Part shown: positions 1 to 10,793 of the stretch, piece after piece
Position numbering within the stretch: position 1 is the first letter of the stretch
How the letters are laid out: the number at the start of each line of letters is the position of its first letter
NCBI RefSeq assembly: GCF_011386835.1
Contig: NC_088807.1
Coordinates: 20,522,001-20,586,000 of the forward strand
Reading direction: 5' to 3'
Length of the DNA stretch: 64,000 nt
Source: Chrysemys picta bellii
Taxonomy: Eukaryota
Made by a program: the position numbers and the translations under genes
The notes under the pieces: model-generated
Seen by the model: the letters and a program-made list of their open reading frames with translations, nothing else
Databases searched by the model: none
Told to the model about the DNA's origin: nothing

Positions 1-1060
1 GTCCACCCCACGAGGCATCGACTCCTGCCCAGCACAAGAAGGCCGGCAGACGCCAGACAAACCATTATGGAACATCAGGGGACAAAAGACTTTGGTGAGG
101 GCTCCCCAGATGCCCACAAAGAGGGGACGTCCCATCACAGCTCTGAACTCCGGGGGGAGGGAATAAAAATCCCTGAGCAAAAGAAAACTGTGGCGTATTT
201 CTAAGCATAAGCAAGGGATCCCCAAGGTAATTGGCTTGGGTCAGTCCTCAAGGTCATACAGAGCTTGCACATCAGAGCAGCTACTGTCCTGGACCCGAAG
301 ACCAGGAGCGGGGGAATCTTCCTAAACGAGGGTGGGCCATCGGCACCTGAACCGTGGCCCCGCCCCTGGTTCTGCCTGTTCCCCTAAAGCCCCACCCCTT
401 CTCCCTGAGGCCACGCCCCCACACCGCCTCTTCACCCAAGGCCCCGCTGCCACCTCTTCCCCTCAAGACCCCGCCCCCCGCTCGCTCCTCTCTGCCCCCT
501 CACCTCCGTCGCTCATCCTGATAAAAAGCGATGAGGCCAGGCCCCCTGTTCTGGCACCCCTACCTAAAACTGTATCTCATTTGTGTGTGAGTGTGTGTGT
601 GTGTTCACCTGCTTTAACCTTGTCAGTTGCTCTATTTCTTTCCCTTAGTGAATCAATCTTTAGTTAGTTTAGTGTGTGTGTGTGTGTGTTTACCTGCTTT
701 AACCTTGTCACTTGCTCTATTTCTTTCTCCTAATGAATCAATCTTTAGTTAGTTTATTCCAGGATTGGCTACAGGCGTTGTCAATGCTGCAAGATCTCAG
801 GTGCAATTGACCTGGGGTAAGTGACCAGGCCTTGGGGACTGGGAGCAACCTGAATATTGCTGCGAGTTTTGGTGTAAGGGACCATCTATCACAAGGGCAG
901 GCTCGCCTGGATGGCAAGACAGACTGGCGCGCCCAGCGGCACTGTCGGTGACTCTGTGTTAAGGCTGTGGTAGGGCCTGAGGGGTTCCCACTGGGTACGT
1001 GGCTGGCACAATTGGATTACAACACTCACCACCAGTTTGGGGCCCATGCCCTGTCTGCCC
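1..1060. mobile_element. LTR-like (solo LTR) fragment with an internal approx. 80-bp tandem duplication and a GC-rich insert at about 290-545
   Basis: Near-identical blocks at about 590-672 and 673-757; U3/R-like composition resembling turtle LTRs from memory; ends not defined. Confidence 0.4.
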
Positions 1061-1499
1061 TGAGGTGCGTCCGCACGGCTGTGAACCGCTCCAGACTGTG
1101 TGACGGAAAGAAAGATGCCCCCAGGGGAAGGGGAGCAAAGGGATGTGGGGGCAGATTCTGGGAGGAGAGTGGGACGTAGAGTGGTTGAAGTGGGGGATGG
1201 GGTGGGCTTCAGGACTCCTGGGTTCAAATCCTAGCTCCCTCAAGTGAGACCCTTCCCTTCTGTGTGCCTCAGTTTCTCTCACTGCAGAACAGGGAGAGTG
1301 CCAGCTCCCTGAAGGGACTGAGACATTTCTCCTTTCACCTCCAGACAGGTGGTGATTATTACAATGACCAGTTGAGAAATCACTCCTATTTCGTCCTGCT
1401 GCCACTCAAATCCTTCTTACACCCCGTCCAGGTACACCCTCCTATAGTGACCAGTGATAGGGACTGTCCTGCCCCCACTGAGCCCCCAGGCTCTTGTGT

Positions 1500-2600
1500 A
1501 ACGACCGCCAGTCTATATGGACTGGCTATCCGAACTGATGCCAGGCACCCAACACAAACCTCTCTAGCATAGCGACTAGTTCAATGGACCACTCCAATGG
1601 ACAACTCCACCCCACAGAGCCCCCGTCTCATAGAGACTGGTTATATGGACCACTCCAATGGACTTCTTCCCACCCACAGAACCCCCTCTTGCATAGAGAC
1701 TGATTATATAGACTGTTCATACACACTGCTCTATCCAAGTCCTTGCATAGAGATTGCCTATCTGTATAGACAACCTACCCGTCCCTATGCCAAATGCCCA
1801 ACACATATCCCTCTAGCATAGCGACTGGTTCAATGGACCACGCACATGGACTGATCCACCCCCATAAACCCCCATCACACATAGACACTAGTTATATGGA
1901 TTGTTCATACACACTGCTCCACCCCCACACCCTTTGTATAGAGACTGGTTATATGGACCATTCCACCCACACAAAGTCCACCCCTACATAGAGACTGGTT
2001 ATATAGACTGCTCATACAGACCGCTCCATCCTTACACAGAGACTGCTTCTCCATACACACTGGCTATCCAATGCCAGACATCCAACACAAATCCCTCTAG
2101 CATAGAGACTGGGTTATATGGACCACTTATATGGACTGCTTCTTCACCCCCACAGAGCCTCCCCTTGTATAGAGATCAGTTATATAGGCCACTCCACCCT
2201 CATGAAATCACTCCCTTGCATAGAGGCTGGTTATATGGACCACTCATATGGACCGCTCCACCTGCACAGACCCCATCACTCGCAGATACTGGTTATATGG
2301 ACTGTTCATACAGACCTTCACAGTTCCCCCATGTATAGAGACCAGTTATATGGACCACTCCACCCTCACAAAACCCCTCACTTGCATAGAGACTAGTTAT
2401 ATGGACTACTCATAGAGACCATTTCACCCTCACTGCACTCCCCTATAGTATAGAGACCACTTATATGGACAAATCAATCTTGCTGGAGTACCTTCTAATA
2501 TAGAGACTGCTTATATGGAACCATTCAACCTCCCACTGTAGAGACCAGTTATATGGACCAGTTTCATCTAACCTATCTCAGAGATCTTCACAGGATCACC
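1500..2600. repeat. Degenerate tandem repeat, core ATAGAGACTGGTTATATGGAC
   Basis: Core recurs roughly every 55-60 bp, about 20 diverged copies. Confidence 0.85.
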
Positions 2601-3126
2601 TAAGGACAGGTTCCACCTTCTCCTATAGACAAGAGGCAGCTTACCTGCATGACAACTGCCTCTACGGACTAGCGCGTGTATACGGACCAGCGTCCGGACC
2701 CGAAGGAAGCCCTGTTTGTCTGCCTCACCCATGCACTGCTTGGTCTGGCTATGCTTCCTGCTGGGTTGCTTCCCAGCTCTGATCTGGACAGGATACAAGC
2801 ACCACTGAGGGTATATGGACCAGTCATGTATGGAAGAAGGCGGGTGAAATGCCGAGAATGAAAATAGTGCCTGTCTCACAAGGAACAGGTGGCAGGGACC
2901 GGGGGAATGCCGTGATCTTCAGCTCCCCAAAGCGTCGGCCTCAGGGGTAGGGGGTAACGGCGCAGGGGGCTGTCTGTCTTTCAGAGAGGCATTTTGGGAA
3001 AGGCGACTGGGATGCCCCGATTCCTGCTCCGCCAGGGGAGCCAAATGCCCCAGGCGGAAATAGGGATCAGCCCCAGAGAATGGGGACAAGACAGTCACAT
3101 TGCTGGGGGGAAACAGCTAGAAAATC

Positions 3127-3297
3127 NNNNNNNNNNNNNNNNNNNNNNNNNNNNNNNNNNNNNNNNNNNNNNNNNNNNNNNNNNNNNNNNNNNNNNNNNN
3201 NNNNNNNNNNNNNNNNNNNNNNNNNNNNNNNNNNNNNNNNNNNNNNNNNNNNNNNNNNNNNNNNNNNNNNNNNNNNNNNNNNNNNNNNNNNNNNNNN
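3127..3297. other. Assembly gap (171 N)
   Basis: Run of N. Confidence 1.
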
Positions 3298-3312
3298 TAG
3301 AGGAGGTGGATG

Positions 3313-3369
<57 letters not shown>

Positions 3370-3406
3370 GGGGTGTATGGGGATAGATAGATAGAGGAGG
3401 TGGATG

Positions 3407-3463
<57 letters not shown>

Positions 3464-3482
3464 GGGCTGTGTGGGGATAGAT
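3298..3482. repeat. (GATA)n microsatellite, interrupted
   Basis: tagatagatag... between the two gaps. Confidence 0.97.
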
Positions 3483-3870
3483 NNNNNNNNNNNNNNNNNN
3501 NNNNNNNNNNNNNNNNNNNNNNNNNNNNNNNNNNNNNNNNNNNNNNNNNNNNNNNNNNNNNNNNNNNNNNNNNNNNNNNNNNNNNNNNNNNNNNNNNNNN
3601 NNNNNNNNNNNNNNNNNNNNNNNNNNNNNNNNNNNNNNNNNNNNNNNNNNNNNNNNNNNNNNNNNNNNNNNNNNNNNNNNNNNNNNNNNNNNNNNNNNNN
3701 NNNNNNNNNNNNNNNNNNNNNNNNNNNNNNNNNNNNNNNNNNNNNNNNNNNNNNNNNNNNNNNNNNNNNNNNNNNNNNNNNNNNNNNNNNNNNNNNNNNN
3801 NNNNNNNNNNNNNNNNNNNNNNNNNNNNNNNNNNNNNNNNNNNNNNNNNNNNNNNNNNNNNNNNNNNNNN
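3483..3870. other. Assembly gap (388 N)
   Basis: Run of N. Confidence 1.
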
Positions 3871-3999
3871 NATAAATAGATAATGAAAGAGAAATTCTCT
3901 CTGCTGCTTGACAGCCAAATGGCCTCTGCACAGCCACAAGCCACTCACACAGCCCAGAAATGCACAATCCGTCTGTGCCTACTGCACCTGCATAATAAC

Positions 4000-4400
4000 C
4001 TCTGTGTGTGTGTGTGTGAGGGTGTCTGAGTGTATGTCTGTCTGTTTGGGTCAGGGTGTCTATTTGTGGGTCAGGGTGTCTGTGTCAGGTTGTCTGTCAG
4101 GATGTCTCTGTGTTTTGATATGTGTCTGTGTGGCAGAGTGTTTGTGTCTGTGTCAGGGTCAGGGTGTCTATTTATGTGTCTCTGTGTGTCAGGGTGCCTG
4201 TGTGTCAGAGTGTCTGTGTATGTGGGTCAGAATGTCTGTGTGTGTGTGTCAGGATGTTTGTGTGTCTGTGTGTGTGTCAGGGTCAGTGTGTGTGTGTCAG
4301 GGTCAGTGTGTGTGTCAGGGCGTCAGGGTGTGTGTGTCAGGTTGTGTGTGTGTGTGTGTGTGTGTGTGTCAGTGAGTCTGTCTGGGGGTGTGAGTGTGTC
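4000..4400. repeat. TG-rich low-complexity / (TG)n repeat
   Basis: gtgtgtcagggt variants and (TG)n. Confidence 0.9.
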
Positions 4401-4437
4401 CCAGCCCTAGCCCAGGAGGAAGGGGGAAGCCTCTTAC

Positions 4438-4589
4438 CTTTTCATGACACCTCCGTTGCACAGCAGGGCTGGGAGCTCAGAAACCTCTGCAGCAGAGCCG
4501 GAGCCGTGCAAAATCCGGAGCAACACCCGCTCCGCAACCCGGGCAGCGGCGGATTCCCTCCCCCTCCCCCCCTCCCCACTTTGTCCTGC
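4438..4589 (-). other. Candidate 5' exon of a minus-strand gene continuing left of the window (GRIN2D expected by synteny)
   Basis: Acceptor gggttttctccag at 4591-4590 and strong donor AAG|GTAAGA at 4437-4432; CpG-rich. No GRIN2D coding sequence is seen, so the identity is inferred from mammalian gene order only. Confidence 0.45.
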
Positions 4590-4932
4590 CTGGAGAAAAC
4601 CCAGGCTAAACCCCCCCGCGGGGAAAGCTCCCAGGAGGCGACATCGCCGCCCCCCGTCTGTCCCTCTTCAAGGTTGCAGCAGCCCCAGCTCCGCCGCCCG
4701 GCAGCCGCTACACATGTTGCATCCGAAGTTAGCGCGATGCCAAACGCGTCTGCTTCGGCTCCGGGCGCCCGGAGCCCCGATCCTCCCCCCCCGCCCCAGT
4801 TTCTCCGGCAGGGGGGCCGGGGAGGGCCCCTCTCCTCTCCTCCTTCCAGAATGGCCGATCCGCCGGCCCGTGTCTCCTCCCTGCTCGCCCGGACACCGCT
4901 TGGCTGGTTTTTTCCCCTTCCCCTTGGGTCAC

Positions 4933-5230
4933 CTTTCTCCGTGCGCCCGGGGAGCGCGCAGTGGGGACGGGGGGGAGCGGGTGGTTTGACTCCTCTAACG
5001 CAGAGCTACACCCGCCCCGGTTGGCGCGTACACACACACACACACACACACCGCCTGGGACACACACTCACACTCACACACACAGCGCCAGGGTCATTAA
5101 CATTCACAGCCCATCGCCGCCCAGCCAGGCGAGCGCAGGTTGGAGCCCGGCGCTGCGGGCCGTGGCTGCCTGAAGAGGAGGGGGGCCCCCAAGCCAGCCA
5201 CCGCCGGAGGAAGAGGGGTGGGGGGCAGGA
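4933..5230 (-). other. Candidate first non-coding exon / CpG-rich promoter of the same minus-strand gene
   Basis: Donor AAG|GTGACC at 4932-4927; CpG-rich with an internal (CA)n tract; 5' end approximate. Confidence 0.35.
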
Positions 5231-5449
5231 ATCACCCCTGTAGTGAAAGGGGGGCTGTGAAGGGAGAGGGATGGAGCGCAGTGGGAGGGGAGAGCTTGGA
5301 GCAGAAAGGGGGGAGGCTGTGGGAAGAGATAGATATCCCTTTGCCCCCCCCCCATCTCCCAAATCTCAACCCACCCAGCCCTGCTGTCTGAGGTCCCGTC
5401 CCCCCATCAGAGCAAGGCAATGAGAGAAGGTAAGCAGGTGAGGGGCAGG

Positions 5450-5675
5450 GGGTGTCCAAAGGGTGTATGTAGCAGAGGGGTGTGTGTGTGTGTGTCCCCA
5501 AGGGGTGTATGTAGCAGTGGGGTGTGAGTGTGTGTGTCCAAGGGGTGTATGTAGCAGAGGGGTGTGTGAGGTTGTGTGTGTGTGTGTGTGTCTCCAAGGG
5601 GTGTATGTAGCAGAGGGGTGTGTGAGGTTGTGTGACAGAGGGGTGTGTGTGCATGTGTGTATGTAGTAGAGGTAG

Positions 5676-5730
<55 letters not shown>

Positions 5731-6010
5731 TCCAAAGGGTGTATGTGGCACAGGGGTGTGTGAGGGTGTATGTGTCAGAGGTGTGTGTGTGTGTCCAAGG
5801 GGTGTATGTAGCAGAGGGGTGTGTGAGGTTGTCTGACAGAGGGGTGTGTGTGCATGTGTGTATGTAGTAGAGGGGTATGTTTTTGTGTGTATGTGTGTCC
5901 AAGGGGTGTATGTAGCAGAGGGGTCTGTGTGTAGCAGAGGAGGGTGTGCGTATGTGTGTGCAAGGGATGTATGTCTCTGAGGGGTGTGTGTGGGAGATAC
6001 ACAAAGTTCC
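5450..6010. repeat. TG-rich minisatellite (AAGGGGTGTATGTAGCAGAGGGG + (TG)n)
   Basis: Repeated core with variable TG tracts. Confidence 0.9.
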
Positions 6011-9000
6011 ACACTTCCCTCCCTCCCCCATGTCCAGAGAAGCCAGCCACCAATTTGCCCCTATAGCACCCTGAGTTGTGATACCAGCTGCTCTCTACAA
6101 GCTGAGCAGGGCCCAGGAAATTAGGAGGGTGGAGGAGAGACCAGATGGGAAGTGGTTGGTGTAAGGGGTGTGTGAGTGGGATAGCTTCCCCTTGCAGTCA
6201 GGGCTGAACCTAGAGGCTGTGGTGCTAAAAAGGGGGACACTCCCCTGGCTGGCAGAGAGCCCTGAACCAAAAGGGAGCTGTGCTATGGGGGGCTGGGTGG
6301 TTCTGGGGGGGCTCAGAAGCTCACAGGCCTGTAGAGGGGTAAATTTGCACCAGGTTTCACCCCAAAGCCAGGGGGGCAGAACCTAGAGGCCCCTATGGGG
6401 TAGGTGTTTACAGAAAGATTCACCCGTGTGGGCCAAGCCGGGGAGATGCCTAGCCCTGGGGCAGCACCTCCAGGGGAGAAGAACACCCCCTACTGAACAC
6501 CCTCCCTGCAGCACAGCCGGGCCCTGGAGCACCGGCGTCTGCAATGACCGGCAGAGGAGAGTGCCCCCTGCTGACCCCCTGCCCAGTACCCCCCTAGCAC
6601 CTCAGTCCAGCTGTCTTCTCTCTCGGTGCTGTCCGGCCAGTCCCCACGCCCCGCTGGAGCCGGCACGACGATGGAAGCTGTTGCGGATTGCGACTGGGGC
6701 TGGTTAGGAGCAGCGGGGAGCAAGGCGGCTCACAGGAACAAAGGCCCCGTCCCCCATTCGTGACGCTCGGGCTCTCTGCAGAGAACAAGGGAAGGAGGAA
6801 GAAAGGAGGAAAAAATAGACACGGCCGATAGAAAATGTAACGGCAGAGCGCCAGCTGGGTGTGAGGAGACAGCCGATCAGTCCCAGCCCCACTCTGGCAG
6901 GGGAGTGGGGTCTAGTGGTTAGAGCAGGGGGACTGGGAGCTATGACTCCTGGGTTCTCTCCCTGGCTCTGGGAGGGCTGGGGTGAAGGAGATTGAGTGGG
7001 GAAAGGGCCTAGGGCAGTTGGGATGCTGCGGGGACGGGGGGCTGATCTGACCGTCCCTCAAGGGGGGAGGTGGTGCTAAGCCACTGGTGCCCTGCAGTTG
7101 GCCCCTGGCGTTCCATGGCCCCCTTAATCATCTCCCTAAACCCCCTTCATTAGGCACCAGGAACAGTGCGGGAGGGGAACTCATCCCACATGCAGCTCCA
7201 CCGGTGACCCGCTGCTTGCCCAGGCCTGGGGGCACTGTATTATTACTAGTGGTGCCAAGCGCCCCGTCCCTTGGCTTTTTCACTCCAAAAGTGGTGCCCA
7301 TAATTCTCCTGACATTTCAACGGGAAACTTCATCTCCTGCCCCAGATGTTCCCGTGAGCTGTTACACAGCCTCCATGTCCAATGCCCCACTCCAGAAGGG
7401 CCGCATCTCAGGACGGCGTGAAGGGTCCCCATATAACCAGTCCCTGCACTCAACCCCAGAGGGGCTGCATCTCAGTGCCAGGTGAGGAGCCCCGTATACC
7501 CAGCCCCCGCGCCCCACCCCAGATGTGGCCACGTTCCAGTGCTGGGCGAGGGGTCCCTGTATAAATAGCCCCTGCATCCCAGCCCAGAGGCAGCTGCATT
7601 TTATAAAAGCTATAACTGGTGTTATTAATCTATCTTTAGCCTTTTCTAAGTGCCTACCCGAGGCCTTTTAGAAACCTCAATGAATTTCCTCTCACAAGCC
7701 CCCAGGAATCCTGGCTCCCAGCCCCCACTGCTCTAACCACTAGTCCCCACTCCCCTCCCAGAGCCAGGGAGAGAACCCAGGAGTCCTGGTTCCCCCCCAC
7801 CCCCCAGCAGGCTGGCTGTCCTGCTTACCATTCCCCTCATGTGGATCGGAAAGCAATTAACCAGTGTAGTTAGCAAACAGGGGAGCATGACTGTTGCAGA
7901 GCGCCAGCTGCTCGACCCTGGCAGCGTGAGGGGAATAGTACCCGCCCACGCCAGCTCCCCCACAGCACCAGCTGCCTCCCCACTTTTCTAGCCAGAGGCA
8001 ATAAACACCTGCACCCCTCTCCTCTATCACTCCCCCCACCCCCAGCCCAGGGCACTGCCTCCAGGGCCCCCAGCTGCTGGGCAGCCCATGGGGACAGATG
8101 AGCTTATGAGGAAACCTGGTTCTATCCCTTGCTCTGGGAGGGGAGTGGGGCCTAGTGGTTAGAGTGGGGGCGGGGCTGGGAGCCAGGGCATCTGGGTTCT
8201 ATCTCTGGCTCTGGGAGGAGAGTGGGGCCTAGTGGTTAGCGTGTGGGGTTGGGAGCCAGGGTGCCTGGGTTCTATCCCTGGGAAGGGAGTGGGGCCTAGT
8301 GGCTAGTGCTGGGAAAACCTGGCCCATGGCCTGTCTATATTCTGCTGCCTGGCTCTGTCTGCCCCAGCACATGCGGGGGTTGGGAGGCAGGATGCCAGGG
8401 TTCCGTCCCCATGTAGTGGGGCAGAAGCGACCCCTCTGTGTCTGCACACACCAGTGGCTGGAGTTTGCCCAGGGCCGGCTGGCTGGGTAGCACACCAAGG
8501 CTGGCTAGGCCTGTTCCTGAGCTGGCGCTGCCCCCTGCTGGCCAGAAGGGGCTCGGCTACATTAACTGAGAATCATGGATGGGCCACAGAGCCTTTTTCC
8601 CTTAGCGGACCCCGGTGTCCGGGCCATGCCACAATCTGAGGGACTCCGCATAGCCCTCCCTATATCCCCCGCTGGAGCCTGCATCTGATGCAGGATTCTC
8701 TTTCTCTTCCTGCCCTAAACGTTCTGTGTGGCTGTTACACAGCCCCAGTGCCCCACCCCAGAGGGGCCGCATCTCAGCCCTGGGTAAGGGGTCCCTGTAT
8801 ACAGGGCTACCCAGAGATGGGGGCAAGTGGGGAAATTTGCCCCAGGCCCCACAGGGGCCCCCACGAGAATATAGTATTCTATAGTATTGCAACTTTTTTT
8901 TATGGAAGGGCCCCCCAAAATTGCTTTGCCCCAGGCCCCCTGAATCCTCTGGGCAGCCCTGCCTGTATAACCAGCCTCTGCATATAACCAGCCCCTGCAC

Positions 9001-10702
9001 CCCACTTCAGAGGCCTCGCATCTTAGCCCTGGGTAAGCAGTCCCTGTACAAACAGACCCGATGCCCCATTCCAGAGAGCCCCTGTCTCAGCGCCGTCTCA
9101 GGGCAAGGGGTCCCTGGAAAAGGCATGTGGAGAGTTAGAGCAGGGGGGCTGGAAGGGGAGTGTGGTCTAGTGGGTAGAGCAGGGGTTTAGCATAATTTCT
9201 CCACCATCTCTCTCCAGCCCTGGCAGGCACACCCCTCCCAGCTGCTCCTTGCATCAACTGCAAGCAGGGCATGGTGACCTGGCAGCTCGCACTCCTCCAC
9301 CCGGCTTCTGCCCATGGCTGGGCACTGCCGGCCCGGCTCTCCTGCAAGGCACAGCATGGAGAGCTGTGGGTGGCACAAGCCTGTGTGCTGATCATCCAAC
9401 GAAGCTGGAGCCTGGGGGGGGGACCCCCAAATCACCCCACCCCCCATTAGCTATGCCCCCTGACAGATGCTCCACCGCAGCCTGGCAGAAACACCTTCCC
9501 CCCAGGCTCAACCCTCCGGCTCCAGGGGATGGGCAAAGCCCAGCTGGGCTGTACCTGGGGGGTTGTTTGGGGGTGGGGGCTAGATGCCCATACAGCATGA
9601 ACCCATTCCCTTGGGGCAACCTGGGGGAGAGAGGGAGACGTTATACCCCCCCACCATATGGATGGGAGAACCACAGAGCTAATTCACAGCCCTCTTTGCT
9701 CTAACCACCAGCCCTCACTCTCCTCCCAGAGCCAGGGAGAGAACCCAGGAGTCCTAGCTCCCAGCCCCCCACCGTGTAACCACTGGACTCCTCTCCCCTC
9801 CCAGAGCTGGGAGAGAACCCAGGAGTCCTGACTCCGATGTGCTCATTTTATGAGAAATGTGGCAATTCCAAAAGCACAGCGCCTCCTAGCGTTGCCTTAG
9901 GGCATTGAGGCCAGCATAGACAATGGGGGACAGCGCCCCCTACTGAGCCCCCGCCCCGCTCCCTGCAGCCCAGCGCCCCCCTAGCGCCCCCCTGGGGCAT
10001 CGGGGCCAGAGGTGCTTGTCAAGGTGACATCACTGTGTATTTGGTTGGGTTGAGATTTGGGGGGCAGGCATGAGGGGTGTCCCTGAGCTGAGAACAGAGG
10101 AGGGGGACGACCTCCCAAAGCCCCATTTACTCTGGATATCCTCTATGGGGCCGGTAGGGGGAGGATTGTTGGAAAGAGAGGGGCAACCTGGATGACAGCA
10201 AATTTGGGGAGCTGTGGGGTGGCATTCAGGTCTTTCAGCTTGGTTTCCTGAAGCAGGGCTGTGGGGCCTGGGAGCCGGGACTCCTGGGTTCTCCTCCCAA
10301 CTCCAGGAGGGGGGTGGGGTCTAGTGGTTAGAAGAACAGGGGGGTGGGGGAGGCAGGACTCCTGGGTTCTCTCCCCGGCTGGGGGGGGTATAGGGATTAG
10401 AACGGGGGGTGCGGGAGCCAGGACTCCTGGGTTCTCGCTCGGGGGGGAGCCAGGACTCCTGGGTTCTCTCCCCGGCTCCGGGAGGGGCAGGACACGTTGT
10501 CATCTCTCTCCCCGCTTTCAGCCCAGCCCCGCGGGGGGGAGGGGATTTTCTTTGCTCCTCCTTCCTCGTCCTGCTCGGGCCTTGTTTCCTCAGCCCCACA
10601 CACACTCCAGCCGGGCCCTTCCCAGACAGCAAGGGGCGCCCCTCCCCCATCTCGCCAGCCAGCCCCCCCAAAACCCCCTCGGCGCCCCCTCCCCGAGCCG
10701 CC

Positions 10703-10793
10703 ATGAACATCTTCCGATTCCTGGGGGACATTTCCCACCTTCTGGCTATTATCATCCTGCTGATGAAGATCTGGAAGACGAGGTCCTGTGCGG
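10703..10793 (+). CDS. KDELR1: KDELR1 coding exon 1
   Basis: GCCATG Kozak; [31 protein letters not shown]; donor G|GTAAG. Confidence 0.96.

Noticed and set aside
1500-2600. CRISPR-like repeat-spacer array
   Set aside because: Vertebrate DNA; the spacers are related to each other, the repeats are degenerate and there are no cas genes
3067-5243. ORFs spanning 3-5 kb
   Set aside because: Artefacts of N gaps, (GATA)n and (TG)n tracts
1-5300. GRIN2D coding exons
   Set aside because: No GluN2-like peptide in any frame; the coding region must lie left of the window or in a gap
9928-9937. REST/RE1 site (GGACAGCGCC)
   Set aside because: Only the right half-site is present, with no convincing TTCAGCACC half at the canonical spacing
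10488-10504. XBP1/CREB3 UPR element in the KDELR1 promoter (GACACGTTGTCATC)
   Set aside because: Needs a 2-nt deletion to match GATGACGTGKC; too weak
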